A stretch of 64,000 nt of DNA. Source: Strigamia acuminata (taxonomy: Eukaryota). The stretch spans positions 3,410,001-3,474,000 of the forward strand of contig OX442314.1 in the NCBI GenBank assembly GCA_949358305.1. The letters are read 5' to 3'. Positions 36,601 to 48,563 of this stretch are shown piece by piece; the first letter of the stretch is position 1; each line of letters opens with the position of its first letter. The notes beneath the pieces were generated by a model that saw only the letters and a list, made by a program, of their open reading frames with translations, did not search any database and was not told the origin of the DNA. A program made the position numbers and the translations under genes.

Positions 36601-39600
36601 GCCTCGTCGTGGTTGCTGTTGATAAAATCGTCGACATAAAATCGCAACAATACTTGCAGAACCGTTTCTGGATATTGCTCGACGTATTTCATTAGATGCT
36701 CGCGGATGGTTGCGTTCAACAGGAAGGGGCTTGGTGTGGCTCCAAACAATACTCGAGTCTGCCTCAAAATTCGTAACTTCAACGGTCCCTTTCCATCCCA
36801 CTCGTCACACAACCAAAAAAATCGCAAACAGTCCCTGTCGTCGATGTGAATGCCGATCTGGTGAAATGCCTTGACTATGTCCCCTATGGCGGCGTAAATG
36901 AAAGTTCTGAAATGGATTAACATTCTTATTATTTCAGGCAACAGGTTCGGTCCAGTGAATAAGCAGTCATTTAAAGATTTGTTTTTGGCGCCATGTGACG
37001 AAGCGTCGCAAACGACACGCAATTTCGTCGTCTCTCGTTGCTCACGAACTACGGGGCTGTGTGGCAGGTAATAACATCTGTTTTTGTCGGTGTTTCCTGT
37101 TGGCACGTCTTCCACGATCCCCTCGGCTATTTGGCTGTTGATTACTTCGCGATACTTGGCGTACAAACTCGGATCTTTTTTGAATTTGCGAACCAAATTC
37201 CAAAATCGACGAAGGGCGATGTTATAATTATCTTCCAACTCGTCCTTCGAGACCAACCAAGGTAGTCGCACTTCGTACCGCACGCCGTTCCATTTTAACG
37301 ATCGTTTGAATCCTTCGAGTGCTTGTAGATCTTCGTCTTGTCTTCCGGTGGTGGATTCGTGCATGATTCCGATTGTGTCCAGCTCCCAAAATTTCTGTAA
37401 TTTTAAATCTAAACTTTCTTCATATTTAGTCAAGTTTACTGGAATAATCAGATTTTTTTCTTTTCTGTCAATTTCTTCGTTTGACCCGTGAATGGTCCAA
37501 CCAAACATGGTTTCAAGTCCCACCAATCCTGGCCCAAGTCTCTCAACACGACCGTTCACAATTTTCCAAAAATAGTCTATCCCAACCAAAATTGATACGT
37601 CACCGTGTCGGACTTGGTTCTGATCGATGTTTAGTCGAATTCCGTGTTTGTTCAGCATTGTTTGAATGTTGTCGTCTGCTCTCTTGACCACGGAGCTGGT
37701 GATCCACGGCACCACGATTGCTTGCACCTCAATCCGACTGTTTTCCCCGTCTCGTGCGCACAAAGTTACTCGAACTTGTTTGCGCTGTGTCGGCGTCGGT
37801 TCCCGTTGACCAAACGGCACAATATTCATTACAGCTTCCCCGACCTCTTGTGCATTCAGTTCTTTTGATAACTTCTCTGTGATGAACGTCCGGTGGCTTC
37901 CTCCGTCGAAAAAGCATTGCACCGTCCTTTTCCTTTCATCCGACTCAACGTCCACCATCAGCACCTGAAAATACAACTCATTTTTGTTAGCACTCCACAC
38001 GGCTGTTGTTTTAATTTCCTCCGGGTCGTCGTCCTCGCAGAGCTGTGTATGATGGCGCCGCTTGCATTTCTCACACTTTATTTTCGCCGTGCATTTAGTC
38101 ACCCGATGCCCTTTATCAAAGCACAAAAAACATCGACCCGCTCGCATCAAATTTCGTCTTTTCTTGTGGGGCGGCAGTGGGCAGGCTTCCGTCGCGTGCT
38201 CGGTGACCTCGCAATAAATGCACTCATTTGTGCTGATGGTGAGGGCGTTGACCGATGGCAGAGTCACTTTCTTTTTAACCCATTCAGTGTTTTTTGTAAA
38301 CGTGGGTCGGCTTGTTTTCTTTTCCTCCAAATTTGACTCTTTGTTATAATCATTAGCGGCGGCCGTTCGCTCCCTCAACCCAATTTGCTTGTTTAAATAA
38401 GTGAGGAAAGCTTTAATGTCAGTCTCGTCGTCGTTGTCCCCCTGCGCGAATCCCATCGCGATAAAATCTGGCACGGCGGCCATCAATTTTGGGCACAACA
38501 GAGCGCCAAATGTGGCCACTTCAACTTCCAAGTTCTCCAGGCTGCGCACGTGCAACTCGCACTCGTCATACAGCCTCCTGAGCGCCGTCAAATCCCCAAT
38601 CTTTTTCACCGCTGGCACTCTTTCTATGGCGCGCAAATGGGCATTAATTACGACATTTTTCTTGCCAAAACGATTTTTCAAAAGTTCCTTGGCGGTTTCA
38701 TAATTTTCATCGGTTGGATTAAGTCCAGCAACAACACTGGCCGCCGGCCCCTCCAAAAATGTTTTCAGATATACCAGTTTAGCCTTTGGTGTAAGTCTCT
38801 TATTGCTCCCGATTCCAATTTCGTAATTTGACCAAAAGTCGCACCATTTGGTCGGGTCCCCGTTATATTTGTTCATATTAATAGTGGGTAATTTCATAGA
38901 ACCTGCATCCTGCTCCTCGTTGACCGGTGGCGGCACGGCTGGTGGCGGCAAATGGACTTGGACCTGGGCGGCGATTTGAGCGGTGATGGCCTGTTGGTTC
39001 AGCAGCATCTGGGCGGCGATCGCGTCCTCCAGTTTTTTTTGGTTGGCGGCCGCTGTCGCCTCGTTCGCTTGTCCCACCTCGGCTCGTCGTATCTCGTCCG
39101 CGTGCTGCACTAAGTCCTCCATGTGGTCTATCAGGCGTTCCTGGTAGATGTCCGCTGTTTCTTGGTCGGCCGTGGCTTCATTGTCGTCGGTGATCAGGTT
39201 TCCAATCCGTTCGTCCAGTCCCGCCAAAATGTCCTTTTTGGCTTGTAGTTGGGCTCTGTGTCGCGCCAACTTCTTCAAATCGACCGGCACCTCTGCCAGC
39301 AAGCCGGCTGTCGAGTTGGTCAGCCGGGTGCACGCCGTTCTCGCGGTCGTGCGATTCCTCTTCAGCTTATCGATTTCCGAAATTTCGGCCATTTTTACGT
39401 TCAAAATAATTTTCAACACTCACGTTCTTGACACAAATTTTTCAGGTCCGGGTTAAATTAATTTCCCGGGTTTCGGCACCATGTGAAAATCCCAGTTTGT
39501 GAATGTTAAAAGTTCGCTTTTTTGATGTAAATTCAGTTGGTTCAGGTTTCGAAAATTTCTAAGTTCTTTTTCAGTGTGTGAATACAAATAAATTCTAACT

Positions 39601-39960
39601 GCTCAACAAGAGCAGTCCTGCTTGGGTAAAGTGAAAGTTTGTACTGGTTTATTTTCGTTGAAAAACGATGTTAAATACATGAAATAATTAGTTCTTGGAA
39701 ACAAGAACAAAACATACAAATATAAATAGTTCTCAGAAAATGAGAACAAAAAGTCAAAAAAAGGTCAAAAACTCTAAACAATAGAAAACGTCACCACATC
39801 TGGTGTAAATTTAGACACTTCTAGAATCACAACAAAAGACTCGGGTTTTCCCTTCAAAAAATTCGCAGAAGGCAATTAAAACAGATTACAGTAAAAACCC
39901 AAAATTTCCCAACACCAATTTAATACAAAATTAAAATACACTAAAACCCTAGTTTTTACA
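33603..39960 (-). mobile_element. Full-length BEL/Pao LTR retrotransposon
   Basis: 479-bp LTRs 33603-34081 and 39482-39960 look identical. 5-bp TSD TGCAT (33598-33602 / 39961-39965). PBS TGGTGCCGAAACCCGGGA (tRNA-Phe) at 39464-39481. Confidence 0.97.
34077..39392 (-). CDS. gag-pol: BEL/Pao Gag-Pol polyprotein (first ATG 39392)
   Basis: Three Cys/His knuckles, protease FDGGSHRTF, RT YVDD, RNase H FCDAS and WTDS, integrase IDFAGP, SDNA, WWGGFWERMV. Confidence 0.96.
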   Translation of the reverse strand: MAEISEIDKLKRNRTTARTACTRLTNSTAGLLAEVPVDLKKLARHRAQLQAKKDILAGLDERIGNLITDDNEATADQETADIYQERLIDHMEDLVQHADEIRRAEVGQANEATAAANQKKLEDAIAAQMLLNQQAITAQIAAQVQVHLPPPAVPPPVNEEQDAGSMKLPTINMNKYNGDPTKWCDFWSNYEIGIGSNKRLTPKAKLVYLKTFLEGPAASVVAGLNPTDENYETAKELLKNRFGKKNVVINAHLRAIERVPAVKKIGDLTALRRLYDECELHVRSLENLEVEVATFGALLCPKLMAAVPDFIAMGFAQGDNDDETDIKAFLTYLNKQIGLRERTAAANDYNKESNLEEKKTSRPTFTKNTEWVKKKVTLPSVNALTISTNECIYCEVTEHATEACPLPPHKKRRNLMRAGRCFLCFDKGHRVTKCTAKIKCEKCKRRHHTQLCEDDDPEEIKTTAVWSANKNELYFQVLMVDVESDERKRTVQCFFDGGSHRTFITEKLSKELNAQEVGEAVMNIVPFGQREPTPTQRKQVRVTLCARDGENSRIEVQAIVVPWITSSVVKRADDNIQTMLNKHGIRLNIDQNQVRHGDVSILVGIDYFWKIVNGRVERLGPGLVGLETMFGWTIHGSNEEIDRKEKNLIIPVNLTKYEESLDLKLQKFWELDTIGIMHESTTGRQDEDLQALEGFKRSLKWNGVRYEVRLPWLVSKDELEDNYNIALRRFWNLVRKFKKDPSLYAKYREVINSQIAEGIVEDVPTGNTDKNRCYYLPHSPVVREQRETTKLRVVCDASSHGAKNKSLNDCLFTGPNLLPEIIRMLIHFRTFIYAAIGDIVKAFHQIGIHIDDRDCLRFFWLCDEWDGKGPLKLRILRQTRVLFGATPSPFLLNATIREHLMKYVEQYPETVLQVLLRFYVDDFINSNHDEAILTKTCYEVAEILKGANMELTKWMTNSSQVRERMTPSATNDKTITKVLGLIWDINLDVLSLEMNELLEKLEEKQITKRHVIQVVASIFDPVGFVSPFSVTGKLIFQGLWRLKLEWDKKLPEEEAERWQSWRNQVPLLAKIKVPRWMGFSSDFSNAQIHVFCDASPLAYGVVIYARVGNANNNKICFILSKSRIAPVKTITLPRLELMGALLSSRLIAKLNELPASRTICWTDSTIVLAWLKRGNSKTIPFVSRRVEEIQLNAPHAEWRHVPGKENPADLLTRGIDAQQLLDDQIWWKGPKWLSQNENTWPQVDIEPEFDEEADEQVNVVIDDEPPLKELLINLNTCSSWTSLLHRTGWVQRFADNLKRKERNGSPLSLDELRRAEHYWIGAVQQLYFSSEIKSIEAGRRVETDSVLSQIDCAFDDHHLLHVRTRLEWGEVRREAKGPWVLPGGQRITELLILDAHQRVFHGGLGDTLAEIRTRFWIPRARSCIKKIIHNCFICRKVQGRLMRQIEAPLPVDRVRRADPFQIVGIDFAGPLYQRAGNKCYIALITCAVTRAIHLELVSSMSTDDFVMALKRFFARRCVPEVIYSDNAKTFKRADAELRVLMGAIKSTKIGNFLSQRQITWKFIVERAAWWGGFWERMVRTVKVSLKKILGRRVLTFEELTTTLCEVEAMINSRPISYVYADAQEKEPLTPSHFLVGRRHISLPGTHQHDPKQMDAGAVELLKRWRLRERLLKQIWRRWNHEYLIELRVFRTDNIKRDLRVNDVVLIQDENQPRSVWAMGLVTLVFPGRDGKVRSCEVRLATGKKLRRPIQRLCLLEAHEDIVADVSDPPPV

Positions 39961-42019
39961 TGCATACAGGTGAAAAAATGGGATCCGATCTCTTATTCAG
40001 CGGGATTTGAGCATAGAGCTAGGTTCACACTTGTCTTCACACTAGGGGCGACACAACGCAACGCAAAGCAAGAATGTCAAGAATTCTTGGAATCAAGCAG
40101 CTTGCATTGCATCAGTTTTCTTGCGTTGCGTCAGTTTTCTTGCGTTGCGTCAGTTTTCTTGCATTGCATCAGTTTTCTTGCGTTGCATCAGTTTTCTTGC
40201 GTTGCGTCAGTTTTCTTGCGTTGCGTCAGTTTTCTTGCGTTGCGTCAGTTTTCTTGCGTTGCGTCAGTTTTCTTGCGTTGCGTCAGTTTTCTTGCGTTGC
40301 TTCAGTTTTCTTGCGTTGCGTCAGTTTTCTTGCGTTGCGTCTAGTGCGAACACAAATGTGAACGTAACTTAAGTTATGGGCTGAAGCCATGATGATCTTT
40401 TTTTAAGTTTAATTAAAACAATACAATTTTATTTTTTTACTTTTATTGGATTGAAGCGGTGGAAATAAACGGAAATTGAGCGCTGCTTTGGCATTCATCG
40501 GGCGACCCGCGGTGGCCTTTTTGGACGAGCCAACGACCGGGGTCGATCCGACGGCGAGGAGGAAGATTTGGAACATGATCAAAGAGTCGAATAAACATGG
40601 AACGGCCATCGTGCTCTCGTCGCACAGCATGGAGGAGTGCGAAGTGCTGTGTTCCCGCGTCGGGATCATGGTCAACGGACAGTTCGAGTGTCTCGGCGGA
40701 ATTCAGTACTTGAAAAACAAATTCAGTCAGGGCTACACCATTTTGGCCAAGCTCAAACGCCTCGACAAGATCAATCAAAACGCGTTGCAGCGGTTCATCA
40801 AGAGCGAATTCCCGAGTGCAGCGCTTAAAGATGTTCACCAAGTAATGCTAAAGCTAAGTTCACGTGCATGCGTTGCTGCATCAGCTTCAACGTGCTTTGC
40901 AGCAATGCAAACGCGTGTTTAATCATGAATCAAGGATAACACGGACACGTATCCACATGTTCAGTGCATTTTACCACCGACAGCCGCATTGTATTCTGGG
41001 ATTTAATGGATAACAAACATGCTGGGTTGGCAAGCAATGCATGACACATGATTGCTGTCATCCAATCAGTGCTCAGAACAATGAATCAATAGGAAATAAC
41101 ACACGGAAATGTGTCTGTTTTATCGTTGGTTCATACTTTAATGCATTTGGTTTATCTTTGATGTGCAAATGAAATTAAGTAATTGTATTTGTTGCAGGGT
41201 TTAGTCCATTACCAGGTGAAAGATCCGGATACAAAGTTGACGAAATTGTTCGAGTCGATGGAGAAAGCAAAAACAACTTTTGATTTGGAGGATTATTCCG
41301 TGACTCAAGCGACGCTAGAACAAGTGTTCCTTTCGTTTGCGCGAAAACAACGAGAAGTTAGCGACCAAAATTGATTCTGTGCCTCTTGAATGTTCAGTAT
41401 TACTCTATTTATTGTGTAAACCTAGAAAAATTGTGCATTTAAATTATTTATAGTAAAGTTTGTTTTATATGTATATACTAATTAATGTGCATAGATCAAG
41501 TCATCGAGATTGTTATAGCCGGAAATTTATGGCAACATTTGCTATTTTTTATATTTTTATTTTTAAACTTTCATCATTTTCTTTGCATTTACTCACTTAT
41601 TTTTGAAGATAATAGTTGAATTCGTATTAAAAATGATTTTGAAAATATTTGTCAATTTTGAATTTTGATTCTAGTCTCTCGGCGGACGGTCGTCGTGGTT
41701 GTACAGTATATTCCAAATTGTACAAACATCAAATTTCCAATGACTTTCCAACACTGAATGCAATTGTTTCCAAATGACTTTTCATAGCATGATATATTAA
41801 ATTTCCAAACAGTTAAACACATATTTTTCAACCAGTAAAGTTAAGATTTCCAAATGTAAAATATGAGTTTCCCATAAGTAAATAACAACTTTCCAAATAT
41901 AAAATTTGATATTTCTTTTTTCATAAAAATTCTAAATAAGTTAAATCTCAAAATAAATCTCATAAAAATAAATCCCTGAAATTTCCATAAAAATTCAATA
42001 CATCTTGAAAATATGCAGA

Positions 42020-42316
42020 AGATTCATTCCTGAATCCTGAATTCATTTCTAAATCCTGAAATTTGAATTCATTTCTGAATCCTGAATCCTGAATCCTGAA
42101 TCCTAAATTAATTATTGAATCCTGAATTCTAAATCCTGAATTCATTCCTGAATCATGAATTCATTCCTAAATCCATTCCTGAATCCTGAATTCATTCCTG
42201 AATCCTGAATTCATTCCTGAATCCTGAATTCATTCCTGAATCCTGAATTCATTCCTAAATTCATTCCTAAATCCATTCCTGAATCCTGAATCCAATAATC
42301 TTAAATCCTGAATTCA
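42020..42316. repeat. Compound satellite (CCTGAAT / CCTGAATTCATT)
   Basis: Directly visible. Confidence 0.9.
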
Positions 42317-43664
42317 TAAACCAAGGCTATGATCATAGCCTCAACACAAAAAAATGAGCAAAATCAACTGAAAGCAATAATAAAACTCGCATTGATATGA
42401 TGGTGTAATAAATTATAAAATCAAATTTAAATGATACACAACAAAATTTGTGTCAACTTTTTATTTCATCTAAGTCCAACAATAATACTCTAATTATTTG
42501 TTGAAGTACAAATGAAAAAACCAATCCCATATTTAATAAATATAAATTTTCTAGTTTTGAATTATGTTCGCCATCTTGTGATAAACCCATACAATTTACA
42601 AGCTGGAAACATAGGATCTTTAGTCATTAATTTCTAGGCTTGTGAAATGGGGGGGGGGGGGGAATGAAAATACAAATTTCCAAATTTAGTTTAATTTAAC
42701 TTTCCGTACATTTAACAAAAACTTACATCATTATCTTTCAGTGTTGAAAATTTACAGAAATTCAACTTTCTAAAAAAATATTTCCCATTTTCTTTCCGTT
42801 ATATTTCCAAACTGGAATTTATACAATTTCACTTTTAACTTTCCAATGACTTTTTTTTTGGAAATCCAAAATTTTTTGCAGTGATAACAACTTGTTTCGG
42901 AGTGTGGCCTGGACGAGATGGATTTGCATAGCAAATCCAACAGTTTTAAGGAGTATTTTAGTCGTTTTAGTGTATTTTTTCTGTGAAAACAGAAGACCAG
43001 TGTACATTGGAATGCGGCAAGTATGAAATTTCAATTAAATTAAACAAAATCATTTTGAAATCGAAAAGATGAGAGATAATTTCGTTTTTATGACTCTGTG
43101 GTTTAGTTTTTGAGTTTTGCGTGCAATCGGCAATGAAATTCCTTCGAAGTATGGCCCATTTGTTTGAAAACTGTTGTGCTTTTGTTCTTTAATTTAGTTG
43201 TGAAGGACTAAACCGATAAACCACTCCAGTTGTGGTTTCTGTTTTTGCGGTTTTTGATATGGTTCATGGCTGTTTTTGATGTCCATGCACTGTCAGTTTG
43301 GCCGTTGTATTTGCTTTGTCTTATTTCTGTTGCTTGTCTGCCGCTTTGTCGCACTTCCTCTATTGCTTTCTATCCTTTCTCTTGGAATGAACTTCTTTTC
43401 CCTGCATTTTGAAACACAGCAAGTGTAGAATTTTTGTTTTTACATCATGGGAATCGACTGTAAACACTGTTCTAAAATATGATGGATTTATTCACTTAAG
43501 ATTGTGAATACACTTCAATTGTTGTTAAAACATGGCGATTACACATTTAGACTGAACAAGGATACAGGAAGTACCCAAAAACGCATAGCTTTTCACTAGC
43601 CTCAAACAAGGTACATATTAATCATACATTAACACTGTACAGACTACTTTCAGACGCAACATAT

Positions 43665-44214
43665 ACAGGGTGGTCAGAAAGTTTGGTTCACAGTAAATAA
43701 TTTCCAAACTGTTTTAGATGTTGATTTAGCAAAATGACTGTCAGGGTAGTATTTTGGGGGAAATCCAATTACGACATCTAACTTGACCTCAGAGGTCCAT
43801 CCATATTTTAACTCGAGAACCGTGACAGATAGAGAGAAAAAGTGAATTAGAAAGTTGTAGAGCACCATCTACAATAATTAGTCTAAAAATGTTCTTAAAA
43901 AATTATCTCTTACTGAAACGTTTTGAGGAAAAAAGGTTGGAAACGTTAGTCTACACAGCTTTGTAACTCAGCTTTGTAATCTAAAACTATTGAGGCAACC
44001 AAGCTAATCTTCAATTAGGACACTTTATTGGGTTATACTTGTAAGTGGAAGAGAGGAAACACAAAAGAAAGGAAATAATTTATTTTGGAAATACATTCCA
44101 ACATGTTAGATTTAGGTTACAAAGCTGAGTAGACTAACGTTTCAAACCTTTTTTCCTCAAAACTTTTCAGTAAGAGATAATTTTTTTAAGAACATAGACT
44201 AATTAGATGGTGCA
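43665..44214. mobile_element. Remnant of a long-TIR DNA transposon with TACAGGGTG terminus (Tc1/mariner-like); related fragments at 5161-5445 and 28027-28310
   Basis: TA-CAGGGTG end; about 110-bp inverted arms at roughly 43863-43990 and 44107-44214; blocks TTGACCT, AACCGTNACAGATA and TTGTAGAGCA shared with the 5161 copy. Confidence 0.6.
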
Positions 44215-44531
44215 CATCGCTCATTTCAATTAACTTTTATCAAAGAATAAACAAAGGATTGTTACAGGAAAACAATTTTTCTAGACAATCCATCACAAAC
44301 TATTTTTAAATGTCAACAACAGCTCTATTGTTACATTGCTCAACTCAATTTATTTGTATAGAACCAAGAGCAGGTGCTAGACTATTTGTAATCTATTTAT
44401 GAAATTGACGCACACATTCATTGGCAAATGCAACGCGTATATAAACACCACACAACACTAGACAAAACACCACAAATTTGCCAAGCTGCCACTACTGTTT
44501 CTCTGTATTTATTGCTCGTCGCCATAGCAGA

Positions 44532-45378
44532 ATGTTCAACTTCAATTGTCATTTCATTCTCATCTTGACCGTTATTTATACAACCACTGCAACTGACGAG
44601 CAGGTAAGTTAACTTTACACAATTAAATTACTAATTTATACATTTATTTATTTATTTTCAAGACTTGTGATGCGACAGATAAGTCTGCGAAGGTGTTTTG
44701 CAAGGTTTTGGAAAAGGGATTCACTCAAGACGATGGCAAAGTATTCATTAAAAATTCCAGTAAATTAAGTATAATTCTTTTTAAATTTTTATACAGTTTA
44801 GCAAGTACGTCTGTGGCTGTGCACAAGCCATCATAAAATCGCAAGTAAATCCCAAAGTCATAAAAACAAAACTTATTCGTCTTTAACTAATTAAGACTTC
44901 TGTTTTTCATATTTCAGCCCAACCTTTGCGATACGAAAAGTTATGATTATTCACCAGCACCCAAGTGTGGAGAATTTTTCAAATCAGTATGTTGGAGTTA
45001 AAACTACCTTTAATGAAATTTTTACTATTTAAAAACGATTTTTCTGCATTTACCGTGTCTAGAAAGAGTTTAAAGAAGTGAGCAGCAAGAGGAGCTTGCT
45101 CATCGATTATTATGTTGACGTTATGTTCAAAAAGACCTTTAAAGGTTGTACCAAAAGCGTGGACAAAGTGGCTGAACAAGCAGTTTCAATTTTTCAGCCT
45201 GGATTAGCTTCAGATACTCTAGGTAAATGAGAAATATATCTATTCGTCGTTGTTAAGTCATTTTTTTTATTTCATTTTAGGTTTCTTGATTGAAAAGTCA
45301 TTTAAACCTAAAGCGGTAGAATTATATCTGGAATGTTACCATCAATTGATAAAATTGGAATCCGAAGCTGCGGAGTAG
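44532..45378 (+). CDS. Secreted 8-Cys protein, paralogue A (174 aa, 6 exons), unknown family
   Basis: Exons 44532-44603, 44663-44740, 44797-44844, 44918-44986, 45063-45222, 45281-45378, all GT-AG and in frame. TATATAAA at 44438, AATAAA at about 45454. Protein: MFNFNCHFILILTVIYTTTATDEQTCDATDKSAKVFCKVLEKGFTQDDGKFSKYVCGCAQAIIKSQPNLCDTKSYDYSPAPKCGEFFKSKEFKEVSSKRSLLIDYYVDVMFKKTFKGCTKSVDKVAEQAVSIFQPGLASDTLGFLIEKSFKPKAVELYLECYHQLIKLESEAAE. Confidence 0.88.
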
Positions 45379-47708
45379 ATTTTGTTCGATTAAAATTCTC
45401 GGTATTTTGTGTGTGAATTTGTGTGTGAATTTGTGTGCAGAAAAAGAATCAAGAATAAATTGAATACAAAAAGAATTTTTATTCGTCAAATAAATTTATA
45501 TATATTTGTTGTCACCACTTAGAAATATTTATTATTTTTAATTACTCTGGTTTGCACATGGCAAACCAGCCTGCTGTGTCTTGGGGGTAAAAACTTCCCA
45601 GGCATCACACCTCACCTCAATTTGGCTGGGGTGAACTACTGCACATTGACCATTTTGGTGCAATAATTCCTTTGTTGCATCAAAATGCACTTATTATGGA
45701 TATCTGCTGCGCAGATCCAAAGTGTGCTGGCCTCAAATTTACAGTTTTGGCACACTCTTGATTTCACCAACGCACATACAACAAACCTTGTCATTGCTCT
45801 GCCAATTCCGCGAGTACTGACTGTGTTAAGTTTTGTGCGAATCGAGACATTTTGCTGTATTCTCTCCATTAGCAAATTCAGCCTTTTCCGTGTGTATCAA
45901 CACCAGTTGATACACGTATTTTGTGAATTATCCCGTAATCTCTGCTTGTGAGCAGAGCTCTTTCCCATCACAGCCGCCAAGGACCACCATGAGGATCCCT
46001 GAAGTCCACACCGTCGCCGAGTGAGTAAGATAGAGAGTAAACATTTTCCTGCCATTTCCACACGTACGAACGAGAGCAATTTTTAGGCGAGTCCGACTCG
46101 CCATTTTCGCCAATATTCGCGCTCAACGATTAACCGTCGTTGTTAGCGCTCTCCTTTGTTCCGCGTGAACAGAAGGAATTTATTCCTTTCTTTCCTATTT
46201 TTCCAGCTTACTAACCGCTAATTCTAGTCAGTAATTCCTTAACAAATTCAGCTATTATATTTCATTAAAATCGTTTGTAATTTTCGATCAAATAAAGTAT
46301 ATTTGTCATTTTTATTCAATTCAACCGCTGTTTTCCTTTCATAAAAATACCCCTAGACACCATTTTACAGGCCTATAAACGGCATCTCAATTGCGAGTTG
46401 CTTGACAATAAGGTAAGTATCTTTTCAAGCAAATTCCCGGATCGCAACAGAGTGGCCTATTTTCCATTGGCTCAGCCGCATTACTCCTAACTGTGGACTG
46501 TGTGCTATTACCAGGAAAAGTAGTTTTGTGTTGTTTTTAATTTGTTTGATTACTTTAATAATTGTATTTTATTAGAAAATGTTTTTCAATTCAAAAAATA
46601 AAATGTATTACGAATGTATTAACATGCATTTGATTTTGACAAAAAGTTTGAATAGAATGTGATGTGGTTAAAACACAATTATTTAAAATGGCTATTGATG
46701 TCTGCCATGATGTCAATTGCTATGATGACATTTTAGTGCAATTTTTGGTGGTTTTGTTTTACATTTTGCAGAATTTGGTACTTTTTACTGCAGAAGACTT
46801 TTCTGCATAGCATGTTGAATTCTGCAGAACCTTTTTCTCTTGGGTTTGTCAGGAAAGCAAACATTTCTCTAACAATAGGTAATTGATTACAGTGTCTGTA
46901 CATTGTAATGCAATTAATGTGTTTGGGTCTATTTTTTTGGATCACTGCACAAGTGAAATGGCTCAGCCAATGAAAAATAGGCCACTCGTATAGTGAGACA
47001 GAGTATAGTCGTGCATTATTATCTAGTTTCAATTCATTGTTTCTAGTTCATTATTAGTTCAGATTTCATTCCTCATCTCTCAATTTGCATTCAAAAAGAA
47101 AATTAACAATAAAATTAATTGGAGTGCTCAACTACATTGGTCAATCCTTGACCTTTTACTCAACGTATGATGCCCCCTGTGTCATTTCGTAAAACAAATC
47201 ACTTATGTTAATTTTTAACCAAAACCAACAATGTCTGTCTTTTAAGACATCGCTCATTTCAATCAACTTTTATCAATGCGCAAGACAGAACAGGATTTGC
47301 AATAGCATTTGCCTCATCGTCATCCACCAAGTCATTCTTCCAGTGTAGTCCTATACCTGGATTTCTTATGGGATAATAAAACTAGATTTTATTAGTGCTT
47401 GGCTGTAAAACAAAGCAGAAACAAAGGATTGTTACAGGAAAACAATTTTTCTAAACAATCTATCACAAACTATTTTGAAATGTCAACAACAGTTCTATTA
47501 TTTCATTGCTCAACTCAATTAATTTGTATAGAACCAAGAGCAGGTGGTAGACTATTTGTAATCTATTTATGATATTAACGCACACATTCATTGACAAATA
47601 CAATGCGTATATACATATATATAAACACCACACAACACTAGACCAAACACCACAAATTTGCCAAGCTGCCACTACCGTTTCTTATTTATTGCTCATCACC
47701 ATAGCAGA

Positions 47709-48563
47709 ATGTTCAACTTCAATTGCCATTTCATTCTCATCTTGACCGTTATTTATACAACCACTGCAACCGATGAGCAGGTAAGTTAATTTTACATAAT
47801 TAAATTACTAATTTTTAAATTTATTTATTTATTTTCAAGACTTGTGATGCGACAGATAAGTCTGCGAAGGTGTTTTGCAAAGTTTTAGAAAAGGGATTCA
47901 CTCAAGACGATGGCAAAGTATTCATTAAAAATTTCACAGCACAAATTTTCCAGTAGATTAAGTATAATTCTTTTTAAATTTTTATACAGTTTAGCAAGCA
48001 CGTCTGCAGCTGTGCACAAGCCATCATAAAATCGCAAGTAAATCCAAAAGTAAACAAAACTTATTCGTCTTTAACTAATTACGACTTCTGTTTTTCATAT
48101 TTCAGCCTAAACTTTGCGATACGAAAAGTTATGATTTTTCACCAGCACCCAAGTGTGGAGAATTTTTCAAATCAGTATGTTAAGAGTTAAAACAACTTGA
48201 ATGAAATTTTTACTATTTAAAAACAATTTTTCTGCATTTACCGTGTCTAGAAAGAGTTTAAAGAAGTGAGCAGCAAGAGGAGCTTGCTCATCGATTATCT
48301 TGTTGACGTTATGTTCAAAAAGAGCTATAAAGTTTGTACCGAAAGCGTGGACAAAGTGGCTGAACAAGCAGTTTCAATTTTTCAGCCTGGATTAGCTTCA
48401 GATACTCTAGGTAAATAAGAAATACTCGTATATCTATTCAAGTAATTTTTTTAATTTCATTTCAGGGTTCATGATTGCAAAGTCATTTAAACCTAAAGCG
48501 GTAAAATTATTTCAGGAATGTTACGATCAAATGATAGAATTGGAATCCGAAGCTGAAGAATAG
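47709..48563 (+). CDS. Secreted 8-Cys protein, paralogue B (174 aa, 6 exons)
   Basis: Exons 47709-47780, 47840-47917, 47990-48037, 48106-48174, 48251-48410, 48466-48563; frame intact; TATA at 47618. Confidence 0.88.

Larger units (their letters stand above)
24125..41374 (+). pseudogene. ABCA: ABCA transporter copy 2: 5'-truncated, NBD1 signature mutated, exon disrupted by BEL insertion
   Basis: Exons 24125-24480, 24548-24685, 24737-24863, 25106-25260, 25595-25750, 25815-26025, 26605-26854, 28439-28640, 28707-29466, 31151-31276, 31354-31596, 31663-31944, 32621-32850, 33419-33602//39966-39969, 40457-40841, 41198-41374. Motifs [28 protein letters not shown]. Read-through into the LTR gives TGA at 33605. 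Confidence 0.85.

Noticed and set aside
41681..42910. TTTCCA-rich block after the copy-2 homology breakpoint as a discrete transposon
   Set aside because: I could not find matching termini or a TSD.
44979..45179. Minus-strand 66-aa ORF repeated four times (FSHFVHAFGT...)
   Set aside because: Antisense shadow of exon 5 of the plus-strand secreted genes; it has no ATG start.
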